Positions 27,202 to 36,655 of a stretch of DNA of 64,000 nucleotides are shown here, in pieces. Source of the DNA: Candidatus Bathyarchaeia archaeon (GTDB lineage Archaea; Thermoproteota; Bathyarchaeia; Bathyarchaeales; Bathycorpusculaceae); contig JAVZLM010000001.1 in NCBI GenBank assembly GCA_038883775.1, positions 64,001 to 128,000 on the forward strand. The letters are read 5' to 3'. Numbering within the stretch: position 1 is the first letter of the stretch; each line of letters opens with the position of its first letter. A program made the position numbers and the translations under genes. Under the pieces are notes generated by a model that worked only from the letters and a program-made list of their open reading frames with translations, was not told where the DNA came from and ran no database searches.

Positions 27202-29883
27202 CTACATGAATCTTTCAAGCTTTGTTAATCCTATTATTTCGTCAAAATCTAAGCCTAATGCATCTAAAACTTGGTCAAAGGTTGAATGAAGATAAGCAAT
27301 ATACTTGTCCACGTCTATCTCATTTTTTGTTGCCAGTTCAACGGGTTTTACGTGGGGTTCTTTGGTGACTTTTACGAAGCTTATTAGGTCGCCTGCTTTA
27401 AGCTCCATTCCACCTTCTTTTAGTATTCTTGCTGCTCTCACGTGTTGGGGTGTTGTTTTTGTGTAGCGTTCTGGTTCTTCTCCTAAAACCACGTTGAAGG
27501 CAAGATCATTCAAGCTTTCCCATTCTCTTCTTTTTAGGCGCATGTAGCAGTCGCGGATGATCTCGCAAATGTCTTTCTTGGCTTTTTCAAAGTCTGCTGG
27601 CGTTTTTACAGTGGCTAGGCGTTCTTTCATTTTATCGAACGCTTTTTTGATGAAGATTGGAATATGCCTTTTCTTACCAGTTAATCCCTTAACGTCAACG
27701 CTGCCGTCTTCCAAAACTCCGAGGTAATTCTTTTTTCTTGAACTGAAAACGGCATATCTATACACTTTATCCACATCTAAGCTCATTTTTAGCGCCTGTT
27801 CTGTCCATTGGGCTAGTTTTTCAATTTGTTCTTTTGATGGATTTTTTAGGAATATGCTGTCTGTATCGCCGTAAAGCACTTGAATGTGGAGTTCTTCTGC
27901 TTGTTTCAGTATTTGAGTTAGCGAGTGTCTTGCGATGGCTGCTGTTGCTTCCGCCACTGGGGGACAGTAAAGGTCAAAGGTTTCGGCTCCGAAAACGCCG
28001 TAACTTGCGTTTAAAATAACTTTTAAGGCTCCTTGGATTATGTTGTACCAGCTTCTTAATTCTGCTGGCAAGGTTTTGTCTTTCGATTTTGGTTTATACC
28101 ATTGAACACGCAAATCCCTAAGCGAGCCTATGAGGAGGCTTTCTAGTGCATGCTTTTTTGTGCAGACCCAGTGGGGTGTGTCTGGGATTATGTTGTTTCG
28201 GCATTCTGGATGTTTGCATAGTATGGATTGGTAGCCGAGATTCCAAACTTTTATTATTGATGGGTATAAGCTTGGGAAATCCATTACTGAAACGTTGAAG
28301 TGGACTCCTGGAACTGGTTCGACAACTATTGCGCCTTTGTATTTTTTACCTTTGATTATGGCTTTTGTGGCTGCTTTTCCTTTTGCGGCAATGATTTCTT
28401 CTGCGTTTGGGATGAGCATGTTTCTTTTTCTATGTTCACGGTGCATGAAGTTTCTTATCCATCTTGAAACTCCTTGGCGGCTCACGTCTTCCATTGGCAT
28501 GCTGCTGATTCTGGCTAAAACCAAAATAAGCTTCATTACCAATTCGTCTTCGAAACTTGCAAGTTTAAAGGTGATTTCCGCATCCCTAAAACAGTATTGT
28601 GCAAGTTCCGTATAGGTTAATTCGCCTAAACTTTTTTCCAGCTTAATCTTTTCCATCCCAATTAAGGCTTTGCCAACATCGTCTAGGGTTACGTCCCGAT
28701 AACGGTTGTTAAAAGCGTAGATTTGGATTGAGCGGTTGAAGAAGAACTTGTAAAGGTCAATGTGCACACCATATTTTAGCAGACAGACACGCCTACCAAC
28801 TTCTATGGGAACTTCATCCCTTTTGAAGCCATGGTTAAGGGCTCTATGAGCCAAATAACGCAGGTCAAAATCATCGCCGTTAAAGGTTATGACGAAGGGA
28901 TAACTCCACAAGGCATCAAAAACAGCCTTTATCAGCTTACTTTCTGAATCAAAATATTCAAGCGTTACATCCGCTGGTAACCGCTCATTTCCTTCGCGAA
29001 TGCCATCCCTTTTTAAGAGTAACACTCTTTTTTGTCCATCAGAACCATAAAGCGAAGCGCAAACAACTGGGTAGGCGGCTTCTCTTGGGTCTGGCATCCT
29101 TGTTGGAACTGGCGTATAAACTTCTATGTCCAGTGCTACGTAAAGAAATTTTGGGGCTGGGTATTCAAGAAGTCTTGCCCACTCTTCAATGTATTGTAAC
29201 TCCTCTTCGGTGGCGCCTTTGAAGATTTCGCGTATGCGCCTAACCATTTTTTCGGCTTCTTCCACTTTTGTTAGAACTAATTCGCCATTTTTAACTTCGT
29301 AAATCATTCCTGGTAGAAGGTTTTTGTCATAAATGTAGGATTGGTAATACTTTATTTTTGATTCCCAAACCTTAATTTGCTCTGGAGATATTGGGGTTTC
29401 CGCCACTGTTGGGAAATCTTCTGGGATTATGTCTCTTATGCAGCCTTTTGGGCGTCCCCCAATAGCTAATGGGTCTTTAGCAACAATCTTTGTTACTTTT
29501 ACAGCCTTATCCAATAAAGGGTCAATTTTGTCCACAATTTCAAAATGGTCAAAGCCTGGATGCTGCATTAAGCGGCTTATTTTCTCCAACTCAAGCGGTG
29601 AAAGATTTGTGAGGCAGTAGGGCTTATGCCCGCTGTTGTCGTACCAAAAATAGATTTTGCCAGAAACTGGCTCGTAAAGTTTGATTAGAGCTTTTCCAGT
29701 TTTCCCATCATATGTGGCAGAAACAAAATGTGAAGGTGGCAAGTTTTCTGGAGCCACTGGCGGATAGGCACGTTTTTGTTTCTCTTTCGTTATGGTTTCC
29801 ATGAAGGGTAGGGCTTCCGCTTCCATTTCCTTCAAAGTTTCGGCTTCTGCTCTCGTAAAATCTTCTAAGCGTTTCTGTGCCAT
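27202..29883 (-). CDS. polB1: Family B DNA polymerase, PolB1 (TACK type)
   Basis: ALDIEV, FNGDDFD, DFPSLYPSII, KVILNASYG, YGDTDS, VKGLTGKK. Confidence 0.96.
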   Translation of the reverse strand: MAQKRLEDFTRAEAETLKEMEAEALPFMETITKEKQKRAYPPVAPENLPPSHFVSATYDGKTGKALIKLYEPVSGKIYFWYDNSGHKPYCLTNLSPLELEKISRLMQHPGFDHFEIVDKIDPLLDKAVKVTKIVAKDPLAIGGRPKGCIRDIIPEDFPTVAETPISPEQIKVWESKIKYYQSYIYDKNLLPGMIYEVKNGELVLTKVEEAEKMVRRIREIFKGATEEELQYIEEWARLLEYPAPKFLYVALDIEVYTPVPTRMPDPREAAYPVVCASLYGSDGQKRVLLLKRDGIREGNERLPADVTLEYFDSESKLIKAVFDALWSYPFVITFNGDDFDLRYLAHRALNHGFKRDEVPIEVGRRVCLLKYGVHIDLYKFFFNRSIQIYAFNNRYRDVTLDDVGKALIGMEKIKLEKSLGELTYTELAQYCFRDAEITFKLASFEDELVMKLILVLARISSMPMEDVSRQGVSRWIRNFMHREHRKRNMLIPNAEEIIAAKGKAATKAIIKGKKYKGAIVVEPVPGVHFNVSVMDFPSLYPSIIKVWNLGYQSILCKHPECRNNIIPDTPHWVCTKKHALESLLIGSLRDLRVQWYKPKSKDKTLPAELRSWYNIIQGALKVILNASYGVFGAETFDLYCPPVAEATAAIARHSLTQILKQAEELHIQVLYGDTDSIFLKNPSKEQIEKLAQWTEQALKMSLDVDKVYRYAVFSSRKKNYLGVLEDGSVDVKGLTGKKRHIPIFIKKAFDKMKERLATVKTPADFEKAKKDICEIIRDCYMRLKRREWESLNDLAFNVVLGEEPERYTKTTPQHVRAARILKEGGMELKAGDLISFVKVTKEPHVKPVELATKNEIDVDKYIAYLHSTFDQVLDALGLDFDEIIGLTKLERFM

Positions 29884-29931
29884 TAAGCCCTTAACCCAAC
29901 TAACCTTATGAGCAGTATAACCTAAAATCTC

Positions 29932-31179
29932 TTACTGCACATTTTCTTCTTTGACAATTTTGATGAAATCCTTGATTGTTAACAATCCCAAGTCACCGAC
30001 TCTATGTTTTCTAACAGATATTTTTCTCGACCGCTTTTCCTTTTCGCCGCAAATTATCATATATGGAATTTTTTGAACTTCTGCTTCCCTAATCTTGTAG
30101 TTGATGGTTGATGGGCTGTTGTCAATTTCTGCTCTTATCCCATGAAGTTGAAGTTTTTGTTGTATGATTTGGGCGTATGGTACTTGTTTGTTGTTTATTG
30201 GTAGTATTTTCGCTTGTGTTGGGGAAAGCCATGTTGGAAGATTTCCACCATAATGCTCTAATAGAATGGCGAAGAACCGTTCTATAGACCCAAGGAGGGC
30301 TCTGTGAATCATTATGACCTCATGTTCTTTTCCATCAGCGCCGGTATAGGTTATGTTGAATCGTTTTGGAAGGTTAAAGTCAAATTGTATTGTGGTGCAT
30401 TGCCACTCTCTCCCCGAAGCGTCAACAATGTTAATGTCAATTTTTGGTCCGTAGAACACGGCTTCTCCTCGCATTTCTTTGTATGCAATCTTTTTCTTTT
30501 TCAAGGCTTCAGCCAAGGCTTTTTGGGCTTTTTCCCAGTTTTCTTCTGAACCCATGTATTTTTCTGGTTCTTTTGGGTTTTTGGTTGAAAGGTAGACTTG
30601 ATATTTGCGGAAACCGAACTTGCGTAACATGTTTCTTGCAAAGTCTATAAGCTTCACTAATTCTTCATCGACTTGTTCTGGAGTGCAGAAGATGTGAGCG
30701 TCGTCTTGTGTGAAACCTCTAACTCGCATTAGTCCATGTAACGTTCCAGAACGTTCATACCTGTATACTGTTCCCCACTCTGCATATCTTATTGGCAAGT
30801 CTTTGTAGCTTCTAGGCTTAGCCTTGTAGATTTGAATGTGGAAGGGACAATTCATGGGCTTGACTACGTAGGGTTCTCCGTCTTTTTCGAAGAGGTACAT
30901 GTTTTGCTCATAATAGTCCATGTGTCCAGAAATGGACCAAAGTTCTCTGCGGGCGATGTGTGGTGTGCAGACAAGTTCGTATCCATTTTTTAAGTGTTCT
31001 TCTTCCCAGAAGTTGCGGATTATTCTGCGGACTGTTGTGCCTTTTGGGTGCCAGAGCACTAAGCCTACGCCTACTTCTTCGTTTATGGAATAGAAATCCA
31101 ATTGTTGACCGAAAATTCGGTGGTCTATGGCGGAAAGCTCTCTTTCTTTTTTCTTATTTTCTAAAATTTTGGTTTTCAC
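29932..31179 (-). CDS. thrS: Threonyl-tRNA synthetase, catalytic + anticodon-binding domains only
   Basis: Starts at DHR; KPMNCPFH, YRYERSG.LHGLMRVRGFTQDDAH, FYGPKID, IHRALLGSIERF; no editing domain. Confidence 0.93.
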   Translation of the reverse strand: MKTKILENKKKERELSAIDHRIFGQQLDFYSINEEVGVGLVLWHPKGTTVRRIIRNFWEEEHLKNGYELVCTPHIARRELWSISGHMDYYEQNMYLFEKDGEPYVVKPMNCPFHIQIYKAKPRSYKDLPIRYAEWGTVYRYERSGTLHGLMRVRGFTQDDAHIFCTPEQVDEELVKLIDFARNMLRKFGFRKYQVYLSTKNPKEPEKYMGSEENWEKAQKALAEALKKKKIAYKEMRGEAVFYGPKIDINIVDASGREWQCTTIQFDFNLPKRFNITYTGADGKEHEVIMIHRALLGSIERFFAILLEHYGGNLPTWLSPTQAKILPINNKQVPYAQIIQQKLQLHGIRAEIDNSPSTINYKIREAEVQKIPYMIICGEKEKRSRKISVRKHRVGDLGLLTIKDFIKIVKEENVQ

Positions 31180-31410
31180 GGGGTTTTTGAGGGGGTTTTC
31201 TGGTTTTAAAACGTGTTTAGAGTTGTGTTTCTAAATACCCCATTTCAAACACCAACCTCATTAATACTCATTCACCTATTTATCCATTATTTTTCCATGT
31301 CTTTTTGGCTTTGAAAACGACCAATACGGACTATCCTCTCTAGTTTTCTGGCTAACTGCGCCTCTAATTTTATTTACATCTCACACATTTGTTATGGATT
31401 TGTGGATAAA

Positions 31411-32763
31411 ATGCTCAAGGAAGCTTGGACGCTGGCTATTGAAAGCCTAAGCTGGATGGAGATGCAAAAATTAAGCGAGCGCCTGGCTTTGGCTAAGACT
31501 GTTAAGCAGTTGGGCATAAGCGACTCTGACGCTGTAAGGCTTGCGCATATGCTTGTTTGCGAAACCGTTAGACGCCGAAACTTTATAGACGCTTTCATAA
31601 ACAATGTTTTGAAGCCCAAATCTATAAGCGAATTTGACTTAGGCGTCCAAGCTTTTTTGAGGCTTTATGTTTACCAAACCCGCATAGCCAAAAACTGGTC
31701 AAAAATTGATGTTAAGGAAGCGGAAAACATAGCAAGCCTCGCCCGCGCCATTCTTGGATGGAAAACTCTGCGAAAAGTGGAACAGTATTTAGGTTTCTTA
31801 CTTATTCAGAAGCCAACATTGATATTTGAAGGTTTAAGCGACGAGGAAAGAATTGGACTTTTAACTTTCCATCCCACGTGGTTCGTAAAATACTGTTTCA
31901 AACTTTTCGGAAGAAAGGAAGCCATAGCGATCTTAGAAGCAAACATGCAGCCCCCGCCCACCTACATAAGACTTAACACTTTAAAAATGGATGAAAACGA
32001 GATTCTAAGCGAACTCGAAAAAGAAGGCATTAAAGTTGAAAAGGTTAAAGAACTCAAGCACACATACAATGTTTTAAGTGCAAAACAACCTTTAACCCGA
32101 ACAAAAAGTTTCAGAGATGGCTTATTTTACATTCAAGACAAAGCAAGCTGTTTCGCAGCCGAAGCCGCAAACCCAAAACCTGGAATGACAGTTTTCGACG
32201 TTTGCGCCGCGCCAGGAGCCAAAACCACCTATTTAGCTCAGCTGATGCAGAACCGTGGCTTAATTTATTCCATAGATTATTCGAGGCGTAGGTTGACTAT
32301 TTGGAAAAATGAAGTAGCCCGCATGGGCGTTAAAATAGCTGTGCCGGTTATGGCTGATGCTTGTAACCCTCTGCCCTTTTCAGTCGAGGCGGATGTTGTG
32401 GTTTTAGACCCGCCATGCACAAGCACAGGCGCCTTTGGAAAATTGCCATCCGCCAAGTGGAGGCTTACAAAACGTTCAATTGAGAAAATGGCTGAGATTC
32501 AGTGGCACATGCTGAACAATTGCGCTGAAAAAGTAGAGCCCAACGGCACATTAATCTATTCTACGTGCAGCATAACAGTGGAAGAAAACGAAATGCTCAT
32601 CGAAAAATTCCTAAAGTGGCATCCAGAATTTTCGCTAGCTGAAATAACGCCGAAAATTGGCTTGCCAGGCTTAAGGGGAATGGAAAAATGCCAGAGGCTT
32701 TATCCATACATCCACCAGTGCAACGGCTTCTTCATAGCAAAACTGTTAAGGAGCAGCACCTAA
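31411..32763 (+). CDS. RsmB/NOL1/NOP2/Sun RNA m5C methyltransferase with NusB-like N-terminal domain
   Basis: QDKAS, DVCAAPGAKT, LDPPCTSTG, YSTCS. Confidence 0.92.
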   Translation: MLKEAWTLAIESLSWMEMQKLSERLALAKTVKQLGISDSDAVRLAHMLVCETVRRRNFIDAFINNVLKPKSISEFDLGVQAFLRLYVYQTRIAKNWSKIDVKEAENIASLARAILGWKTLRKVEQYLGFLLIQKPTLIFEGLSDEERIGLLTFHPTWFVKYCFKLFGRKEAIAILEANMQPPPTYIRLNTLKMDENEILSELEKEGIKVEKVKELKHTYNVLSAKQPLTRTKSFRDGLFYIQDKASCFAAEAANPKPGMTVFDVCAAPGAKTTYLAQLMQNRGLIYSIDYSRRRLTIWKNEVARMGVKIAVPVMADACNPLPFSVEADVVVLDPPCTSTGAFGKLPSAKWRLTKRSIEKMAEIQWHMLNNCAEKVEPNGTLIYSTCSITVEENEMLIEKFLKWHPEFSLAEITPKIGLPGLRGMEKCQRLYPYIHQCNGFFIAKLLRSST

Positions 32764-32776
32764 AGGAATGTAAGAG

Positions 32777-33070
32777 GTGGTCGGCTTGAAAAGCTACAAA
32801 TTAATTGGAAAGGTTGTGAAGGTTCAAGGCGAATGCGTTGCTGGACACCATGTTGGCGAGGAATTCGATTTTACATTATTTTCAGAGGAGAAGGATAAAA
32901 TTCACAGAACACCACAAGTTTGCGGCTTCCTCTACGATGTTCTCTTTCCATATTTGGTTACTTTGCAGTTCGGAGGCTCTTTTCCATGGGAAAAAGATAA
33001 GGACAAATTCACTGTTGGTTGTCCAGACAACTACAAAGTAATTGTTGAAATCAGAAAAGTTGAAAAATAA
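32777..33070 (+). CDS. TIGR04076-like small Cys protein
   Basis: GECVAGHHVGEEF...VCG...LQFGG.FPW...GCPD. Confidence 0.75.
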   Translation: MVGLKSYKLIGKVVKVQGECVAGHHVGEEFDFTLFSEEKDKIHRTPQVCGFLYDVLFPYLVTLQFGGSFPWEKDKDKFTVGCPDNYKVIVEIRKVEK

Positions 33071-33082
33071 CTTGCCTTTTGG

Positions 33083-33997
33083 CTACTTATGCTTTCTTGC
33101 TTTTTCTATTCCACAAAGAACTTCAAATATGACTTTTGCTGCTTGAACTGCTGAAACTCCTCGGTCATAATTTGGCGTCACTTCTACAACATCAAAGCCA
33201 ACAAGGCGTTTGTCGCATATGTCACATAAAATGTCAAGTAAAGTATGCATTTCCAATCCTTCAGGCTCTGGGTTTTGGACTGCTGGCGCATAGGCTGGGT
33301 CAAGCACATCCATATCCACTGATAAGTAGATGCTCTCATATTTTGCCAATTTTTCCTCTAACTTTTTCATTATAGTTTTGCATCCTTCCCTTCTAATTTG
33401 TTGCGTTATGAAAAATTCTATTCCAGCCCTTTTTGCGTAGACAAGTTCTTCTTTGCAGACTGCCCTCGTGCCAACCTCGATTATGGTGGCTGGTTTTACC
33501 TTTTCGTTTATTCTTCGCATAAAAGTCGTGTGAGAAAGCTTCAAGTCCATAAACTCGTCACGTAAATCCAAGTGTGCGTCAAAGCTTACTAATGCTGTTT
33601 TTGAAGCCTTTTTTCCGAGGCCTCTCATGATGCCTAAAGTTATTGTGTGTTCTCCGCCTATGGTTACGGGCGTTTTTCCAGCATCTATGATATCTTTTAT
33701 GACTGTAGCAAGCTTTTCCAAAGTTTTCTCCGTGTCAGTTGATATGTGCAAATCGCCTAAATCATGCAATTTTAAATCTTCCATATCTAAACCAGTGCGA
33801 AAACTGTAAGTTTCAATGTTAAGCGATGCTTGTCTAATGGCGTTTGGTGCAAACCTTGCCCCAGTTCTATACGTGCTTGTAACGTCAAAGGGAACGCCCA
33901 AAACTATGTAGTCTGCCTTTTCAAAAGGTTTTTGGAAACCACTAAAAACGTTTGGTTGTGAAACAAAAAGTTCATGATAACTCATTTTAACACTCAT
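33083..33997 (-). CDS. speB: Agmatinase
   Basis: GGEHTIT, FDAHLDLRD, SVDMDVLDP, DVVEVTP. Confidence 0.93.
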   Translation of the reverse strand: MSVKMSYHELFVSQPNVFSGFQKPFEKADYIVLGVPFDVTSTYRTGARFAPNAIRQASLNIETYSFRTGLDMEDLKLHDLGDLHISTDTEKTLEKLATVIKDIIDAGKTPVTIGGEHTITLGIMRGLGKKASKTALVSFDAHLDLRDEFMDLKLSHTTFMRRINEKVKPATIIEVGTRAVCKEELVYAKRAGIEFFITQQIRREGCKTIMKKLEEKLAKYESIYLSVDMDVLDPAYAPAVQNPEPEGLEMHTLLDILCDICDKRLVGFDVVEVTPNYDRGVSAVQAAKVIFEVLCGIEKARKHK

Positions 33998-34072
33998 CCG
34001 TTTATGAGCCTTATTTTCCTTAAGGAGTTCTAAACACTTTCGCTTGGAATAAGACGTTATTTTGTCGTAGGT

Positions 34073-34420
34073 TCAGTGTTGCTGTAACGTGTTAAGGATT
34101 TGTTGTAAACCCTTGATTTTTCGCCCTTTATAAATTAAGGTTGGCGTCGCGTTAACGCCCTCTAATTTTGCCTTAAGCCGCATAGTTGAGCTCGCAAAAG
34201 TAAGGTCAATAACTTTATAATTTAATCCAGATTTTTCTAAGGCTTCAACAGCCTTTCCATCTTCTTCGTTAAGGATAAAATGTGTTTTTGTTGCTCTGTA
34301 GCCACCACTACACCCGTGATCATGGAGAGGTTTTGTCCACTGGACTTGTTCAATTTTCTCCGACTTTACAAATAGAATTGCTTGTTCTTCCAACAAAACC
34401 CCCAAAATGTTAATAAACAA
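34073..34420 (-). CDS. Hypothetical glutaredoxin/thioredoxin-like fold protein
   Basis: YKVIDL...GVNATPTLIYKGRKIKG (cis-Pro loop pattern); no CxxC. Confidence 0.55.
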   Translation of the reverse strand: MFINILGVLLEEQAILFVKSEKIEQVQWTKPLHDHGCSGGYRATKTHFILNEEDGKAVEALEKSGLNYKVIDLTFASSTMRLKAKLEGVNATPTLIYKGRKIKGLQQILNTLQQH

Positions 34421-34479
34421 AAGTTAAACTTAAGCTTTAAGTGTTTTGTTTCGCAACAAAAAGTTCATTATGACTCATC

Positions 34480-34992
34480 TATTTTCTTTTTCTTTCAGCC
34501 TCATTTTCACAGCTTTAAAAATATAAGATTATAGCTAAAACTGCGGTCAAACTGCAAAATCGGTAGGTAATACTGTAAGAACTATAAGGAAGTAACATGC
34601 CAATGAATAGGTTGCCTGTTAAAGAATAGAATGTGATTCATCTCCTCGTAGAGGAAGGAGTCCAAAAACACTGTAAATAAACGCTAACAAAAGATGTAAA
34701 CATTATTTTCTGAAAGAAGATTTTTGAGAAATCCCAAAGACTGTTAAAACTGTCTACTGCGCTCCTTAGTGGATAAATGATTATGGCTACCAAAACCGCC
34801 AATATTGATGCGCTTAAATAAGTGGAAAAAGCCATGAAGCGGATACCCGTACATGTGAAAATACATGACATAAAAGGTTTCCGAATCTGGTATCACGCTT
34901 GCCACAAGAAGAGTTGGCAAATCAAAATTGCTGATAAGGTTAAGCCAAAAAGAAGTGCTGGACCCAAATGAAAGGGTGTGAAAGGCAATCAC
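34480..34992 (-). pseudogene. Degraded membrane-bound metal-dependent hydrolase (DUF4184/YdjM-like)
   Basis: Motifs FDLPTLLVASVIPD, YPLHGFFH, VFLDSFLYEEMN and GNLFIG fall in different frames; end coordinate approximate. Confidence 0.7.
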
Positions 34993-35066
34993 TTAAGTAA
35001 ATATTATGAGAACATTAAATTTATTAACAATGGCGTCATCCACTTTAGGTTAAAAGGCGGTTATCC

Positions 35067-35423
35067 ATGTCAATTAAGTCTAAACTTAAAATGGAAAACA
35101 TTGGAATTTTTTTAGCCATCGCTTTTTACGCTGTTGCCGGAGTAATATCCTTTATTGTTTTGCCCATAGCTGATTTTCCCCCTCACATTGGCATAATGGG
35201 AATTTTAAGCTTGATAACTGCATATGGACTGTTTAAAAAGCGGGTTTGGGCGGTTTGGCTTGTTGTTATGTTATTCTTTATAGCCACAACATTTTCAGCG
35301 TGCATGCTCTACTTTTATTTTGGAAAAGATCTCATCATTGACATAAGCATGTCTGCCTACTTGATTTTAACATGGATTTTCACAGCGTATGCGGTGGCGA
35401 AAAGAAAGAATTTCGAAAGTTAA
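35067..35423 (+). CDS. Hypothetical membrane protein (4 TM)
   Basis: Four hydrophobic segments. Confidence 0.7.
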   Translation: MSIKSKLKMENIGIFLAIAFYAVAGVISFIVLPIADFPPHIGIMGILSLITAYGLFKKRVWAVWLVVMLFFIATTFSACMLYFYFGKDLIIDISMSAYLILTWIFTAYAVAKRKNFES

Positions 35424-36655
35424 CGCTTTAATAATTGCACTTGCACTTCTTCGCCAGCGTCAACAAACTGTTGTTTTTCGCTTATTTCTACAAAACCGTC
35501 AGCCTTTGCAAGCGTTGTAATAGCTCCAGAAAGCCCTGTTGGAACTGGTTCAGCCACCAGTCTATTTGATTCGTCACGCCTTAACTTGACCATTATGAAT
35601 GTTCTTCTGCCCTTTGCTGGAAACATCCTCATAGCAGCCAAAGCTTTAACCTTTAAAGGTTTTCTCATTTTTCTTCCAGCCATTTGCTGGATTATTGGGC
35701 TTACAATTAAATGAAAAATTAACAGCGCAGAGGTTGGATGTCCAGGAAGGGCGAAAACAATTTTTTCATCGATAAGCGCAACTGTTGTTGGCTTTCCAGG
35801 TTTTGTTGCCATTCCGCAGATTATGACGCCTGGTTTTCCGAGGGAGTTTAATGTTTGCGGAACCACATCCTTAGGTCCAATGGAGACCCCGCCAGAAGTT
35901 ATAACCATGTCCGCGCTGACTAAAGCGTTTTTTAATGTTTTCTGCAATACAGTCACGTCGTCTGGTAAAACGCCAAAATAGACTGGTTTTCCGCCACTTT
36001 CCAGTACGGCTGCGCTTAGGCTGTAAGCGTTTATGTCATAAATTTTTCCTGGAGGAAGTTTTTCGCCCGGTTCTGTTACTTCATTTCCTGTGGAAAGGAC
36101 TGCCACCTTTGGGATGACGTAAACTTTAACCTTGGCTATTCCAATTGAGGCTAAAATGCCTATTTCTCGTGAACCCAAAACTTGTCCAGCTTTTAAAACA
36201 GTTTCGCCTTTTTGTATGTCTGCGCCTGCTTTCATGACATTTTCGTTTTTTGTTACCGCATTGTAAATGTAAAGATTATCGTCTTTGCGTTCTGTTTGTT
36301 CAAACATTAAAACGGCATCTGCGCCTTCTGGTAGAGGTGCGCCTGTTGCGATTTCTGCTGCTGTGCCTTTTTTGACAATTATTTTTGGAAGTTCTCCAAC
36401 ATTTACGGTTCCGCAAATTTTCAGTTTTATTGGCTTGTTTTCTTCTGCGCCGGAGGTGTCCTCTGCTTTTACAGCGTATCCGTCGACTGTTGAGCGATTG
36501 AAGGGCGGAATATCCATTTTTGCGGTTATGTTTTCTGCAAGAACTCTGTTCCAAGCCTCTAAAAGCCGTATTTCCTCAATGCCCAAAGGCTTTGGTTTAA
36601 AATGTTCGCTGATAACCTTTTTTGCCTCTTCCAGCGTTATGAGTTTTCTAAACAT
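35420..36655 (-). CDS. moeA: Molybdopterin molybdotransferase MoeA (paralog 2)
   Basis: PPFNRSTVDGYAV, IATGA, LSTGNE, TSGGVSIG, LPGHPTS; ATG 36655. Confidence 0.93.
   Translation of the reverse strand: MFRKLITLEEAKKVISEHFKPKPLGIEEIRLLEAWNRVLAENITAKMDIPPFNRSTVDGYAVKAEDTSGAEENKPIKLKICGTVNVGELPKIIVKKGTAAEIATGAPLPEGADAVLMFEQTERKDDNLYIYNAVTKNENVMKAGADIQKGETVLKAGQVLGSREIGILASIGIAKVKVYVIPKVAVLSTGNEVTEPGEKLPPGKIYDINAYSLSAAVLESGGKPVYFGVLPDDVTVLQKTLKNALVSADMVITSGGVSIGPKDVVPQTLNSLGKPGVIICGMATKPGKPTTVALIDEKIVFALPGHPTSALLIFHLIVSPIIQQMAGRKMRKPLKVKALAAMRMFPAKGRRTFIMVKLRRDESNRLVAEPVPTGLSGAITTLAKADGFVEISEKQQFVDAGEEVQVQLLKR

Noticed and set aside
31170-31210. Shared GTGAAAACCA and C/A-rich leader upstream of thrS and the pilus ATPase (46653-46690)
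   Set aside because: Short, low-complexity and explainable as SD/start-region sequence.
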